Source: an uncultured Christensenella sp.
GTDB taxonomy: Bacteria > Bacillota > Clostridia > Christensenellales > UBA1242
Length of the DNA stretch: 34,640 nucleotides
Direction of reading: 5' to 3'
NCBI GenBank assembly: GCA_964369125.1
Contig: CAYJEF010000002.1
Coordinates: 1-34,640, forward strand
Under the pieces are notes generated by a model, which worked only from the letters and a program-made list of their open reading frames with translations, made no database searches and was not told the DNA's origin. Within the stretch, counting starts at the first letter, position 1, and each line of letters starts with the position of its first letter. A program made the translations under genes and the position numbers. Shown in pieces: positions 34,315 through 34,640 of this stretch.

Positions 34315-34316
34315 TT

Positions 34317-34322
34317 CCTCCT
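34317..34322 (-). promoter_or_regulatory. Shine-Dalgarno site (AGGAGG) of the giant gene
   Basis: Plus-strand cctcct at 34317-34322. The minus strand reads AGGAGG-AA-ATG-ATG. Confidence 0.75.
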
Positions 34323-34511
34323 TAGTAGTCTTTACAAATTGCAGTAAAAATATAATAACTAGAAGAGTATAATTTTATATAATATATAATAACACTAGCG
34401 TCCTAAAACTCAAAATAAATTTAGGCAAAAAAAACCCTAATTTTTTGTATTATATTTCTTGTAATATTTAATAGTTTTAATATAAAAATTTTTAATAATA
34501 ATCTTTTAGAT

Positions 34512-34640
34512 AATAAAGTTCTATTTGTAGAATTAGAAGATGAAGATGATTTCCCTCAAGAAGTTAATGGGTTAGTAGCTATGAAGCTATCGGCTCATCA
34601 TAAGCATCCAACTCTTCTTGGAAGACTTAATAGTGAGGGA
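34512..34640 (+). CDS. RecJ-like (DHH/DHHA1 phosphoesterase) fragment; partial at the window edge and apparently lacking its 5' part
   Basis: This is the only open frame on either strand here. It is open from 34425 (after TAG 34422-34424 and TAA 34416-34418) to the window end. Translation: ..DNKVLFVELEDEDDFPQEVNGLVAMKLSAHHKHPTLLGRLNSEG. By eye this aligns with the RecJ segment ..V.V......W..GV.G(I/L)VA(S)KL.....(Y/H)(R/H)PT(I/L)(V/L)......G that precedes the KGS.RS motif (B. subtilis and E. coli RecJ, from memory). There is no ATG/GTG/TTG in frame before ATG 34581-34583, and that ATG has no SD. Confidence 0.35.

Noticed and set aside
1025-34125. All plus-strand ORFs listed in the track inside the giant gene (60-183 aa; for example 27721..28272 at 183 aa, 16711..17145, 33718..34125, and the many PPP-containing ones such as 4571..4840).
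   Set aside because: They are antisense shadows of a frame that is open for 11,173 codons. Their compositions are typical of non-coding translation: Cys/Arg/His-rich, or Pro-rich where GGN-GGN-GGN Gly codons are read backwards as CCN. None has an SD that I could see. The Pro-rich ones occur only under the beta-helix cassettes.
34331-34390. Promoter-like hexamers upstream of the giant gene: TTTACA (34331-34336) and four TATAAT copies (34351, 34368, 34378, 34385).
   Set aside because: They are oriented on the plus strand, away from the giant gene. TTTACA-TATAAT spacing is only 14 nt. In DNA this AT-rich, TATAAT occurs by chance. On the minus strand I found only one TATAAT (plus-strand attata at 34449-34454), with no acceptable -35. 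I therefore cannot support a specific promoter call for the giant gene.

Overview
The window is essentially one gene. A single uninterrupted minus-strand ORF (793..34314, 33,522 nt with stop, 11,173 aa) fills about 97% of the 34,640 bp. Reading the translation and anchoring each boundary back to in-frame codons, I resolve it into these parts. (1) A short basic N-terminus plus one TM helix (signal anchor). (2) Four arrays of Listeria-Bacteroides / InlB-B-type repeats (G[YF]xFxGW ... LYAxW), about 4,670 aa in total. (3) Seven Pmp-type right-handed beta-helix cassettes with alternating GG[AG][IVL][YF] and FxxN turns, about 5,750 aa in total. The last four cassettes sit head to tail. (4) One BspA-type leucine-rich-repeat block of about 400 aa. 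(5) One FIVAR-like helical insertion inside the first beta-helix. (6) A 284-aa non-repetitive C-terminal domain that I cannot assign to any family. There is no sortase signal, lipobox, wall-binding module or autotransporter-like terminus. I read it as a giant membrane-anchored adhesin or fibril of a low-GC organism that uses Shine-Dalgarno sites. The function is unknown and the architecture is apparently unusual. The left flank holds, in order: the last 32 codons of an unidentified CDS; a terminator-like hairpin; a 45-nt tRNA-Ile(GAU) 3' half (anticodon loop to CCA) with no 5' half, which is the classic integrase att-type remnant, followed by its own terminator; a strong TTGACA-N17-TAAAAT promoter; and a 54-aa CxxC...CxxC zinc-ribbon CDS. 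That CDS is absent from the ORF track because it is under 60 aa. It is convergent with the giant gene and shares a bidirectional terminator with it. The right flank is an AT-rich region of about 200 bp, then an open frame running to the window edge. That frame aligns by eye with the region of RecJ-type DHH phosphoesterases just downstream of the DHH domain, but it has no room for the N-terminal roughly 300 aa and no canonical start upstream of the homology. So both edges of the giant-gene locus are gene fragments. No rRNA, CRISPR array, transposase or integrase gene is visible. All plus-strand track ORFs inside 793..34314 are antisense shadows.
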